The notes under the pieces: generated by a model
Databases searched by the model: none
What the model saw: only the letters and a program-made list of their open reading frames with translations
What the model was told of the DNA's origin: nothing
Program-made: the position numbers and the translations under genes
Shown: piece after piece, positions 9,812 through 18,211 of the stretch
How the letters are laid out: each line of letters opens with the position of its first letter
Numbering within the stretch: position 1 is the first letter of the stretch
Source of the DNA: Candidatus Omnitrophota bacterium
GTDB taxonomy: Bacteria > Omnitrophota > Omnitrophia > Omnitrophales > Aquincolibacteriaceae
Assembly (NCBI GenBank): GCA_003140935.1
Contig: PLLJ01000045.1
Span: 2,767 to 66,766, forward strand
Reading direction: 5' to 3'
DNA length: 64,000 bases

Positions 9812-10695
9812 TTAACGACCCCCAGTTTTTTGAGGACTTCCGCGAGCTTCTTCGCGTTCTCGGGTCTCATCGCGCAAAGCGGCATCCGGAATTCGGGCTT
9901 GATCTTTCCCATCATCCCGAGCGCCGTTTTCACCGGGATCGGATTCGTCTCCATAAAGACGGCTTTGGAGACCGGATAAAGCATCTTATGGATCGAACGC
10001 GCTTCTTCCATGTTCCCGTTCAATGCCGCGGTCACCAGATTCTTCACAAGTCTCGGTGCGATGTTCGCGACGACCGAGATCACGCCGCGCGCGCCGATTG
10101 CGATCAGAGGGAAATTCAGGGAATCCTCCCCTGAAAGGACCGGCAGGTCGCAAAGCTGCATGATCTGATCGGCCTGGTCCATGCTGCCGCTCGCTTCTTT
10201 GATCGCGACGATCGTATCGATCTTGGAAAGACGCGCCACGGTCTCGGGAGCGATGGAGACCCCCGTGCGTCCCGGCACATTGTAAAGCACGATAGGTATA
10301 TCGACGCGACGGGCGAGATATTGATAGTGACGGAAAAGGCCTTCCTGTGTCGGCTTGTTATAATACGGGGTCACGACTAGCACGCCGTCCGCATTGATCC
10401 TTTTGGCATGCTGGATCAGACCGAGCGCCTCGGTCGTATTGTTCGAGCCGCAACCGCAGATCACGGGGATCCGGTGATGGATATACTCGACCACGAACGA
10501 CATGGCCGCGCGATGTTCGATATGCGACATCGTGGCGGATTCGCCCGTCGTGCCGCACGGAACGATCACGTCCGTGCCTTCCTTGAGGTGAAAATCCAAG
10601 AGCCCCTTGAGCGCTTTTTCGTCCACCTTCCCGTTACGGAACGGTGTCACAAGCGCGACCATCGAACCTTCGAAAACAGATCTCTTTTTTTTCAT
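9808..10695 (-). CDS. dapA: 4-hydroxy-tetrahydrodipicolinate synthase
   Basis: VALVTPF...GTTGES...YNVPGRTG motifs; 4-nt overlap with dapB. Confidence 0.9.
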   Translation of the reverse strand: MKKKRSVFEGSMVALVTPFRNGKVDEKALKGLLDFHLKEGTDVIVPCGTTGESATMSHIEHRAAMSFVVEYIHHRIPVICGCGSNNTTEALGLIQHAKRINADGVLVVTPYYNKPTQEGLFRHYQYLARRVDIPIVLYNVPGRTGVSIAPETVARLSKIDTIVAIKEASGSMDQADQIMQLCDLPVLSGEDSLNFPLIAIGARGVISVVANIAPRLVKNLVTAALNGNMEEARSIHKMLYPVSKAVFMETNPIPVKTALGMMGKIKPEFRMPLCAMRPENAKKLAEVLKKLGVVK

Positions 10696-11507
10696 AGAAA
10701 ATATTCCCCTTTGTAAACGAATTGGGCTTTGCCTTCTAAAAAGACTTGGGTGATCTCATTACCTTTTTGCCGCATCTCGATCCGGAGCTTTTCGCCGCTT
10801 TTTGTCAGAACCTGGACGGGCGATTCGACATAGCCCTTGAGAACGCTTACGACCGCCGAGGCCGTAGTCCCCGTGCCGCAGGCGAGCGTTTCGTTCTCCA
10901 CGCCGCGTTCGTAGGTCCGGACCGTGATCTCTTTCTTGCTTTTCACTTCCACAAAATTCACGTTCGTTCCGAACGGCTGGAAACGCGGGTGGTTCCGGAT
11001 GGCCTTACCGTTCTCAAAGACCCCTGTTTTCCCTAGATCTTCCACGAAGATCACCACGTGCGGCACGCCAGTATCGAGAAAGGCGTAAGGGAAACGGTGC
11101 TTCACCACCTCCAGGACCCCGTTCATCTCAAAAATACGCGGCTTCGCGAGCTGGACCCTGACGCTGTCCCGGGGTCCGACCGCGGCTTCGATCATCCCCG
11201 ACCCGGATTCAAAGGTCATGCGCGAAGAATATTTTAAAACCTCATGGGCATAGAGCGCGATGCAACGGAACCCGTTCCCGCACGCCGCGGCCTCCGACCC
11301 GTCCAGATTAAGGATCCGCATCTTAAAATTCGCCCTCTTGGAATTTTCAAACAGCAGGACCCCGTCCGCTCCCGCACCCTGATGGGGACGGCAAACCTCC
11401 CGGGTAAAGGCGAGCGCGTCTTTCACGACCCCCTGGCGGTTATCCACCACGACGAAATCGTTCCCCGAAGCGACCATTTTGTAGAACGGAATAGAGTTTT
11501 TCATATA
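10692..11507 (-). CDS. dapF: Diaminopimelate epimerase (ORF track start 11591; likely start MKNSIPFYKM at 11507)
   Basis: FYKMVASGNDFVVVD, ...ACGNGFRC..., ...ETLACGTGTTASAV catalytic Cys motifs. Confidence 0.85.
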   Translation of the reverse strand, partial: YMKNSIPFYKMVASGNDFVVVDNRQGVVKDALAFTREVCRPHQGAGADGVLLFENSKRANFKMRILNLDGSEAAACGNGFRCIALYAHEVLKYSSRMTFESGSGMIEAAVGPRDSVRVQLAKPRIFEMNGVLEVVKHRFPYAFLDTGVPHVVIFVEDLGKTGVFENGKAIRNHPRFQPFGTNVNFVEVKSKKEITVRTYERGVENETLACGTGTTASAVVSVLKGYVESPVQVLTKSGEKLRIEMRQKGNEITQVFLEGKAQFVYKGEYFL

Positions 11508-11751
11508 AAGGCTTGCCAGTCTTTTGGTTACAAGCTGGTGTATTGTATCAAAAATCCTGGGAACGGGGAAAGGGAAACGCTTTTTTACCATGGGGACTCG
11601 GGACTTGTGCCTCGGGACTCGTTTAAAGAAGAATTTTCGAGTCCCTAGTCCCGTACTGAATGACGGGTAGAAATTAATGGTTATTCAGTACTGCACTGGC
11701 TTCCAATAAAAATTTCAATGAGAGCCAGGCGAACTACGAGTCTCGCGAAAA

Positions 11752-12930
11752 TTATACGAGTATAATTTTAGCAGGTTCGAAACCGTTGAAATTGGGGACG
11801 GCGCTGGCCGAAGAGTAGGCGCCGATATTCTTGGCGTAAACCACATCCCCGACATAAAGCTCGGGCAGTTCTTCGTCATTGGAAAGAATATCGAAGGAAT
11901 CGCAGGTGGGTCCGGCCAGCGTGGTCTTGTATTTGGCCCCGCGGCGCAGGGTCTTGAACTCGTACTTGCAGTGGTCAAAGACCATCCCGGAAAAATCCTG
12001 ATAAACACCGTCGTTCAGGTAATAGAAATTCTGATTGTCACGGAACGCGCGGCCGATCACCTGCGTCACAAGGATCCCCGCAGGACCGGCGAAAAAGCGC
12101 CCCGGTTCCGCGATGAATTCCGTTTGTTTCGAAAAAAGCGACTTCATCTGCTTGCGGATCTCGGCGGCCATACGCTCAAAATTGATGCCGATCTCGTTCT
12201 CGAAATGCTGGATCGGGAACCCGCCGCCGATATCGACGGTCTTAAGCGGCATGTCGTTCTCCCGGGCCTCCCGGAAAATAGCCGCCGTCAGCTCGAGCGC
12301 CTGAAGATAATTCTCCACGTTCGTGGATTGCGACCCGACATGGAAGCTCACGCCCCGGGGCACCAGCCCGAGGTTCTTGGCTTTCCGCAAAAGATAAAAG
12401 GCCTGGTCCGGTTCCGCCCCGAATTTGAGCGAGAGCTGCACCACGCTCCCCCGGTTCGCGACCTTGATGCGGATGATCACGTGCGCCTTGGGGAAATTCT
12501 CCGCGATCTTGTAAAGTTCGGCCTCGTTGTCAAAGGTCATGAGACGTACCCGCCGGCGGCGGGCCGTGATGAGATCTTCCTTGGATTTGATGGTATTGGC
12601 GAAAATGATGCGGCTCGGGGACACGCCGTGCCTCAGGACCGCTTTCATTTCCGCGGCGCTCGCCACGTCGAAACTGGTGCCGAGTTCCGCGAAGGTCTTC
12701 ACGATCTTCGGATGCGGGTTGGCCTTGATCGCGTAGTAAGGCGTGACTTCCGGAAAGGACTTCTTGAAGCGGGCGAATTGTCTCTCAAGCACGCTCTCGC
12801 GGATCAGCATAAAAGGGGTCTTATGCTTTTTGAGCATCATGCGGATAAGGTTCTCGGCCCCGGAGATCTCGACCGGCTTGGGCTTTTCCAAAGGCGTTTG
12901 AACGGGTGCGTCCAGAACGAGTTGTGCCAT
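11752..12930 (-). CDS. Type III PLP-dependent (alanine-racemase fold) ornithine/basic amino-acid decarboxylase
   Basis: YAIKANPHPKIVKTF, FDVASAAE, HVGSQ, IDIGGGFP, EPGRFF motifs of the ODC/DapDC family. Adjacent to a homospermidine synthase, suggesting putrescine supply. Confidence 0.8.
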   Translation of the reverse strand: MAQLVLDAPVQTPLEKPKPVEISGAENLIRMMLKKHKTPFMLIRESVLERQFARFKKSFPEVTPYYAIKANPHPKIVKTFAELGTSFDVASAAEMKAVLRHGVSPSRIIFANTIKSKEDLITARRRRVRLMTFDNEAELYKIAENFPKAHVIIRIKVANRGSVVQLSLKFGAEPDQAFYLLRKAKNLGLVPRGVSFHVGSQSTNVENYLQALELTAAIFREARENDMPLKTVDIGGGFPIQHFENEIGINFERMAAEIRKQMKSLFSKQTEFIAEPGRFFAGPAGILVTQVIGRAFRDNQNFYYLNDGVYQDFSGMVFDHCKYEFKTLRRGAKYKTTLAGPTCDSFDILSNDEELPELYVGDVVYAKNIGAYSSASAVPNFNGFEPAKIILV

Positions 12931-12937
12931 CTAATGA

Positions 12938-14446
12938 TTATACTCTTTCATCCACGAGGAACGAGTTGAATTGCCAAAGGGCTTCTTCTCCGGGGGCTTC
13001 GGAACCGAATTTCATGTATTTCTTGTTAAGGTTCTGAAGCGGCGTCCAGTCCGAAGGAATTGAAATGAAAGGAACGATGTAGGGCGTCACGAATTTCAGA
13101 ATGAATTCGTGATCGATGTCGTCGGGGAGCAGGAATCCTTCCTTGGGATTTTGGATCATCCAAAGCGCCGCGGCGACGACCGAGACCGCGACCTGGAGCG
13201 TCGTGGCCTGCTGATGCGCCACAAGTTTCCGCGTGGTGTGGATATCGAGAAGACTGCCGCACCACCAGGACTTGAAATCATGCCCCATGAGAAGCACGCC
13301 GAGCTCGTCGCGTCCTTCCGTGATGTCGTCGGCAAGAGTGCGCTGTTTTTCCTGCATCTTGTACTGGCGCATCCTGAGCTCATGGAGCGAAAGGACCGCC
13401 GAATCCGAAGGACAATAGGCGTAATGAACGGTCGGGCGATAGACCGCCTTGCCGTTTTCCCAGACCGTCAACCGGTCCGAAAGACTGTACGCCTCTCCGT
13501 GACGGATCACCATGCCGTTGATCTCGCCGCACGGCACCCAGGACCGGACCAGCGTGTTCATGCCGAGCGTCCCGAGACAGATCTGGTTCTTCGGACCTTC
13601 CTTGTGCTCGTACCCGTCCTTGGGGAATTCCTTTTCGTGCGTCCCCCATCCCATCTCGGCCGGGGCCACGCCTTCCTCATAGAAACCTTCGATCGACCAC
13701 GTGTTCACGAATTCGTTCACCTGCTTCGGAACATCCGTGATTTGCGTGTCGCGTTCGCTGACGTGGATGACTTTGACGCCGGTGATCTCGGCAAGTTTCG
13801 GAAAATTCTTTTCTTCAAGATACTTTTTGAGGTCCCCGGCGCGCGGGTCCGCGGATTTTTCTTTGAGGATCTTTTTCGCGATATCGATCAGGGCCTTTTT
13901 CGTGAAATGCGAAACAAGCCCGGGGTTCGCGCCGTGGTCCACGATCGCCGTGGCGCCTTTTTCGCGCCCCCACTTCGCCTCCATCAGCTTGCGGAGTTTC
14001 ATGTGACGGGCATAAAGCGTGTACTTAGTCGGGTCCGTCCGCTTATCATCGAGGTACGGGTCCCACACTTCGACCGAGGTGTTCACATAAAGCACCTCGT
14101 TCGTGCGGCACCAGTCCAGGATCTCCCAGCAATCGATGTTCCACGCGAGATCGATGATCATGTCTCCCGGCCCCGCGTACTTGGCCAGAAGCTTTTTGTA
14201 ATTGTCCTGGGTGACCTTGTCGAAGACGTATTTCACGCCGCGCTTGAGGGCGTCCTTCACGCGGGGGCGGTGGTCCACGAAATCCATGATCGTGATCTTC
14301 GAGGCCGGCATATCGAAGTGGCGCAGGACCAGCGGCACGGCGCATTGCGCGACGCCGCCGCAGCCGATCATGAGAAGCCTGCCGCCGAACTTCACTTTTG
14401 TTTTTGGAATGACCGCTTGGGCCTTCGGGTATTTAAATCCGCTCAT
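12938..14446 (-). CDS. hss: Homospermidine synthase (saccharopine/carboxynorspermidine dehydrogenase fold)
   Basis: ORF track 12938..14581. Likely start MSGFKYPK at 14446 with a GGAGAG RBS. LLMIGCGGVAQCAVPLVLRHF Rossmann motif; HVSERDTQ; FVNTWSIEGF; VYRPTVHYAYCPSDSAVLSLHEL; blocks characteristic of bacterial HSS. Confidence 0.8.
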   Translation of the reverse strand: MSGFKYPKAQAVIPKTKVKFGGRLLMIGCGGVAQCAVPLVLRHFDMPASKITIMDFVDHRPRVKDALKRGVKYVFDKVTQDNYKKLLAKYAGPGDMIIDLAWNIDCWEILDWCRTNEVLYVNTSVEVWDPYLDDKRTDPTKYTLYARHMKLRKLMEAKWGREKGATAIVDHGANPGLVSHFTKKALIDIAKKILKEKSADPRAGDLKKYLEEKNFPKLAEITGVKVIHVSERDTQITDVPKQVNEFVNTWSIEGFYEEGVAPAEMGWGTHEKEFPKDGYEHKEGPKNQICLGTLGMNTLVRSWVPCGEINGMVIRHGEAYSLSDRLTVWENGKAVYRPTVHYAYCPSDSAVLSLHELRMRQYKMQEKQRTLADDITEGRDELGVLLMGHDFKSWWCGSLLDIHTTRKLVAHQQATTLQVAVSVVAAALWMIQNPKEGFLLPDDIDHEFILKFVTPYIVPFISIPSDWTPLQNLNKKYMKFGSEAPGEEALWQFNSFLVDERV

Positions 14447-14581
14447 TTTCTCTTTCTCTCTCCGTCCGTTCAATGAAGAAGGGACGAATACTACATCAAA
14501 AAAAAATCCACAGCAAGAAATACCATGGGGAAAACGCGTCGGGGGAAGAGAACGGCGTCCCAATCCTCCGAGACATCTCAA

Positions 14582-14735
14582 GGGTTGATTGGGACTGTCC
14601 TAATACTTATCAATTTCCGCACAACGGAAATTGGGGCTGTCCAAGTCAGCCATCCTGGAAATAAAACGAAAGACTTGGACTGCACTGAACTTCCATTAGG
14701 TTTTATGGGTTGTTCAGTGCGGCCGGTTTATCGGA
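14582..14735 (+). repeat. R1 structured intergenic repeat (three consecutive hairpins); near-identical copy at 39681..39830
   Basis: caatttccgcacaacggaaattg; gtccaagtcagcc...(A-rich loop)...gacttggac; gcactgaac...gttcagtgc. About 90% identical to the copy at 39.7 kb. Confidence 0.8.
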
Positions 14736-15434
14736 TCATTTTTCTTCGAACCAGTCCACCTTGCCGGTCTTAACATCGTAGATCGCGAGAACGATCTTGA
14801 GCGTGCCTTGGGCGACCCGGTCCCGGATCTCTTCGCTGTTGGCCCGGAGGTCCCTTTCCACCTGGAAGACATTCTGTTTGATCACCTCATGGGTCAGCGC
14901 GGCGTCCTTCAGGTCCGGATTTTCCAGTTCTACTTCCTTCACGACGGGTATGATCTGTTCCTGAATATCGTGGAGACTCCCCTCAAGCTTCTCCCCCGAG
15001 ACCGCGGCCCCGACCGCTCCGCATTGCGTGTGACCCAGGACCACCAGCAGAGGCACATGCAAATGACCGGCCGCGTACTCCAGGGAACCGACCACACTGC
15101 TGTCCACGGCGATGTTCCCCGCGACCCGCACTACAAAAATATCTCCGATCCCCCGGTCAAAAACCGTTTCCACCGGCACCCTCGAATCCGCGCATCCGAG
15201 CACGACCGCAAACGGTTTTTGGCCGTTCACGGCGGTCTCTTCCCGTCTCGCATTATTTGCGTCGGGATGCTCCATCTTCATGGCGACAAAACGGGCGTTC
15301 CCTTCTTTGAGCAGCGCGAGCGCTTCCTCCGCGGTCTGTTCCGTGCCTTCGCCCGCGAACACCGGACCGGTCTGTGCTGCGATCCCTATCATCCCTATGG
15401 CAAAAAAAACGGCCCTGAAATTTTTTATCTTCAT
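14736..15434 (-). CDS. Beta-class carbonic anhydrase with signal peptide
   Basis: CADSRV...HTQCGAV zinc-ligand motifs; N-terminal signal MKIKNFRAVFFAIGMIGIAAQTGPVFA. Confidence 0.85.
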   Translation of the reverse strand: MKIKNFRAVFFAIGMIGIAAQTGPVFAGEGTEQTAEEALALLKEGNARFVAMKMEHPDANNARREETAVNGQKPFAVVLGCADSRVPVETVFDRGIGDIFVVRVAGNIAVDSSVVGSLEYAAGHLHVPLLVVLGHTQCGAVGAAVSGEKLEGSLHDIQEQIIPVVKEVELENPDLKDAALTHEVIKQNVFQVERDLRANSEEIRDRVAQGTLKIVLAIYDVKTGKVDWFEEK

Positions 15435-15558
15435 GGGGGCCTCCTTGATTGGGTGGGTAGTATAAACCTGATTTTTATTGCGTTCCAGAAAAAGCAGATC
15501 GAGTCGAAGGATACCGTTCTATTCCCCGTGGATCGCGGCCCGTATTCGGTGGCTTTCG

Positions 15559-15912
15559 CTAGATCACCTGGACCGATTTTGCGACCTTCGTATAACCGTC
15601 CGTACCCACCACGTATCTCACGGAAACACTGTTTCCCTTGAGCCAGCCCAAACTCATCGAACTCCCGTCTTTGCCCGTGATGGTGGCGTCGGGCGCTAGG
15701 ACAAAAACTGTTTGGAGCCCTTCCGCGTCCCGGATCGTCACTTGCTGGAATTTTCCTTGTTGGCCGTCCCGCTCCGCCACCTCATCAACCTTGCCGGTAA
15801 AGATCTCGCCCGGAAGCTTGACCGGAGGGGTGTACTTAGCCAAGATCTCTCCGGTAAAACATACGGAGCTGACGCATAAGATCATTCCTAATATAAAAAA
15901 TTTCTTTTTCAT
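15559..15912 (-). CDS. Small secreted protein, unknown function
   Basis: MKKKFFILGMILCVSSVCFTG signal; ORF track 15559..15921. Confidence 0.5.
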   Translation of the reverse strand: MKKKFFILGMILCVSSVCFTGEILAKYTPPVKLPGEIFTGKVDEVAERDGQQGKFQQVTIRDAEGLQTVFVLAPDATITGKDGSSMSLGWLKGNSVSVRYVVGTDGYTKVAKSVQVI

Positions 15913-16116
15913 GGGTTCCATCTCCTTATTTTTTAATATGAACCCCGCGATGCGGTCAACGCGCTTTTCCCCTTTTTAAGGAATGGGGTCTGGCATCTTT
16001 ATCGAACATTTCCCGCAAAATCTTGATACTCGCATCTTTCCCGACGTCGCACACGTCGCCCATCGGACGTGGCGGCAGGCGTACTTGCGCATCTGCGCAA
16101 GTGCCGTTCCTCCGAT

Positions 16117-16917
16117 TCAGCGGGGAAGATTTTTTAAAAAATTACCGATCCCGTCGAGGTAGGCCTGTCTTGATTCCAGGAATGCCGTATTATGCCCGCC
16201 TTGGATCCTGAGGAACTGTTTCGGCGGTCCCGCGGCTTCGAAGAGCTTCTCCCCCAACGCGTAAGGCACGATCTCATCGTCCGTGCTGTGAACGATCAGT
16301 TTGGGACAGCGGAGGCCCCTGATCTTGGAAACCGAGTCGAACTTCGACCCGAGCACGAAAAAAGGGACCCACGGGAGCACGCGCGGGGCCATGTCTTTGA
16401 CCGACGAGAACGTCTCCTCCGTGACGAGCGCCTTCACTTCTTTGCGGGAGGCCAGGTCGACGGCCACGGCGCCGCCGATCGATTCGCCGTAGAGAAGGAC
16501 CCGGGCGGCGGAGAGGCCGCGCTTTTTTGTAAGATACTCATAGGCCGCGTCAGCGTCCCTGTATAACCCGGTCTCCGAAGGAGTGCCCTGGCTCTTACCG
16601 TATCCCCGGTAATCGAAAATGAACACGCTCAGACCGAGCTCCCGCAAAAGAACGATCTTTTCGAGCCGGTGGCTTATGTTGCCCGCATTGCCGTGAAAGA
16701 AAAGCAGCGTCTGGGCCGCGCCCGGGACCGGAAAATACCAGCCGTTCAGCCGCTGGTGATCGGCGGTCTCAAAATAAACATCCTCATAAACCAACCCGAA
16801 GGCCCGGGGATCCGCCTCGAGGGTTTTCATCGGAAAATAAATGCTGAACTTTTCAAGAAAACGGACCGCGACCACGAAAACAACGACCGCCGCAAGACAC
16901 CCGAGAAAAAACCGCAT
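16117..16917 (-). CDS. Alpha/beta-fold hydrolase (membrane-anchored)
   Basis: N-terminal TM helix; GESIGG nucleophile elbow; HSTDDEIVP; GGHN. Confidence 0.75.
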   Translation of the reverse strand: MRFFLGCLAAVVVFVVAVRFLEKFSIYFPMKTLEADPRAFGLVYEDVYFETADHQRLNGWYFPVPGAAQTLLFFHGNAGNISHRLEKIVLLRELGLSVFIFDYRGYGKSQGTPSETGLYRDADAAYEYLTKKRGLSAARVLLYGESIGGAVAVDLASRKEVKALVTEETFSSVKDMAPRVLPWVPFFVLGSKFDSVSKIRGLRCPKLIVHSTDDEIVPYALGEKLFEAAGPPKQFLRIQGGHNTAFLESRQAYLDGIGNFLKNLPR

Positions 16918-16939
16918 TCACCCTCTCCTTTGCTTCAAA

Positions 16940-18097
16940 TCACCCCTTCACCACTCCGAGCGGCGAAAGTTCCACCCAAATATCCACGAGGTCGGACTGG
17001 TGTTTTATCACCTCGGCAATATCCTTATAAGCTCCCGGCGCCTCGTCCAACTCATGGGCGCTCCGGATGCCGTGCAAGATCCCTTGCTCGTCCATTTTCC
17101 GAATCTCTTCCTTGAGATCCAATGTTCTCTCCGCCTGTTTTCTTCCCATCTTCCGGCCCGCGCCGTGGGAACAGGACTCAAAACTTTCCGGGTTCCCCTT
17201 CCCCCGGACGAGATAACTGGAAGCGCCCTGCGAGCCCGGAATAATTCCGACCTCCCCTTTTTTCGCCGAAGTCGCACCTTTGCGGTGGACCCACACGTCC
17301 TCGCCGAAATGATGCTCTTTGCGCGCGTAGTTGTGGGCGATATTGATGAGCGGCTCGAAGGAACAGCCGGTGTGCCTCAAAAAACATTCGCCGATCCTTT
17401 CCATCATGAGCTTCCGGTTCTTAAAGGCGAACTCCACGCAGTAATTCATTTCCTCGATATAAGCCCGTCCTTCTTCGCTTTCCTCCGGAAGATAGGCGAG
17501 CTGGTGTTCCGGCGGCACGGGAGAATGCCACTTCGCGTTCAAACGTATCGCGATCCTGTTGTAATGGTCCGCGACCTGTTTGCCGAGGTTCCGGCTCCCG
17601 CTGTGCACCATGATCCAAAGGGCCCCGTCCGAACCTTTCTGGACCTCGATGAAATGGTTCCCGCCCCCGAGCGTCCCGACCTGGAAGATCGCGCTCCGGT
17701 ATTCCCGTTCGCAGACCACGCCTTTGGGGAATGATCTTCCGGGCATACATGCGTCGTCCTGCCGGTCCTTGTGATGGTTAAAACCCACGGGCACCGCCGC
17801 CTTGATCTCTCCCAGGATCTTTTTCAGCTTTTCCCGCTCGAGACTTTCAAGGCTCGTCCGCATGACGCACATGCCGCAGCCGATGTCCACGCCGACGGCG
17901 TTGGGAATGATCATGCCTTTCGTCGCGAGCACGCCGCCGATGGGCATCCCGTATCCCAGATGACTGTCGGGCATCACCGCGATATGTTTGAAAGCGAAGG
18001 GAAGATTGGCGAGGTTCCGGAGCTGGCCCATGGCGCCTTCCTCGATGTCCTCGAGCCACATCTTGATCGGAATCTTTTCAGTCGTGCAGACCCGCAT
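16940..18097 (-). CDS. rtcB: RNA-splicing ligase RtcB
   Basis: VMPDSHLGYGMPIGGV, GVDIGCGM, GGGNHF, HSGSRNLG, NIAHNY, SHGAGR motifs of RtcB. Confidence 0.85.
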   Translation of the reverse strand: MRVCTTEKIPIKMWLEDIEEGAMGQLRNLANLPFAFKHIAVMPDSHLGYGMPIGGVLATKGMIIPNAVGVDIGCGMCVMRTSLESLEREKLKKILGEIKAAVPVGFNHHKDRQDDACMPGRSFPKGVVCEREYRSAIFQVGTLGGGNHFIEVQKGSDGALWIMVHSGSRNLGKQVADHYNRIAIRLNAKWHSPVPPEHQLAYLPEESEEGRAYIEEMNYCVEFAFKNRKLMMERIGECFLRHTGCSFEPLINIAHNYARKEHHFGEDVWVHRKGATSAKKGEVGIIPGSQGASSYLVRGKGNPESFESCSHGAGRKMGRKQAERTLDLKEEIRKMDEQGILHGIRSAHELDEAPGAYKDIAEVIKHQSDLVDIWVELSPLGVVKG

Positions 18098-18211
18098 GCC
18101 TGCCTCCTTAGGCCTTAGTTCATAGCTAGAAACGATTGGCTATCAGCTACCGGGTATCTTTCTACGGCGTCAGGTTTACCGGTTTACAGGAATCGATGCC
18201 TGGCTTTTCAT

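Noticed and set aside
11592-11751. Lysine riboswitch (L-box) or other leader upstream of dapF-dapA-dapB, asd or lysA
   Set aside because: The intergenic regions are short and occupied by repeat modules (GAGTCCC family). No L-box-like conserved helices were recognisable, and lysA is fused to the arg operon without a leader.
14525-14773. Plus-strand ORFs 14525..14773 and 39769..40293, and the N-terminal extension of 27144..28151, all containing the peptide LPLGFMGCSVRP
   Set aside because: The shared peptide is simply the translation of the R1 repeat hairpin region (ggttttatgggttgttcagtgcgg). These are repeat-generated ORFs, not a gene family.
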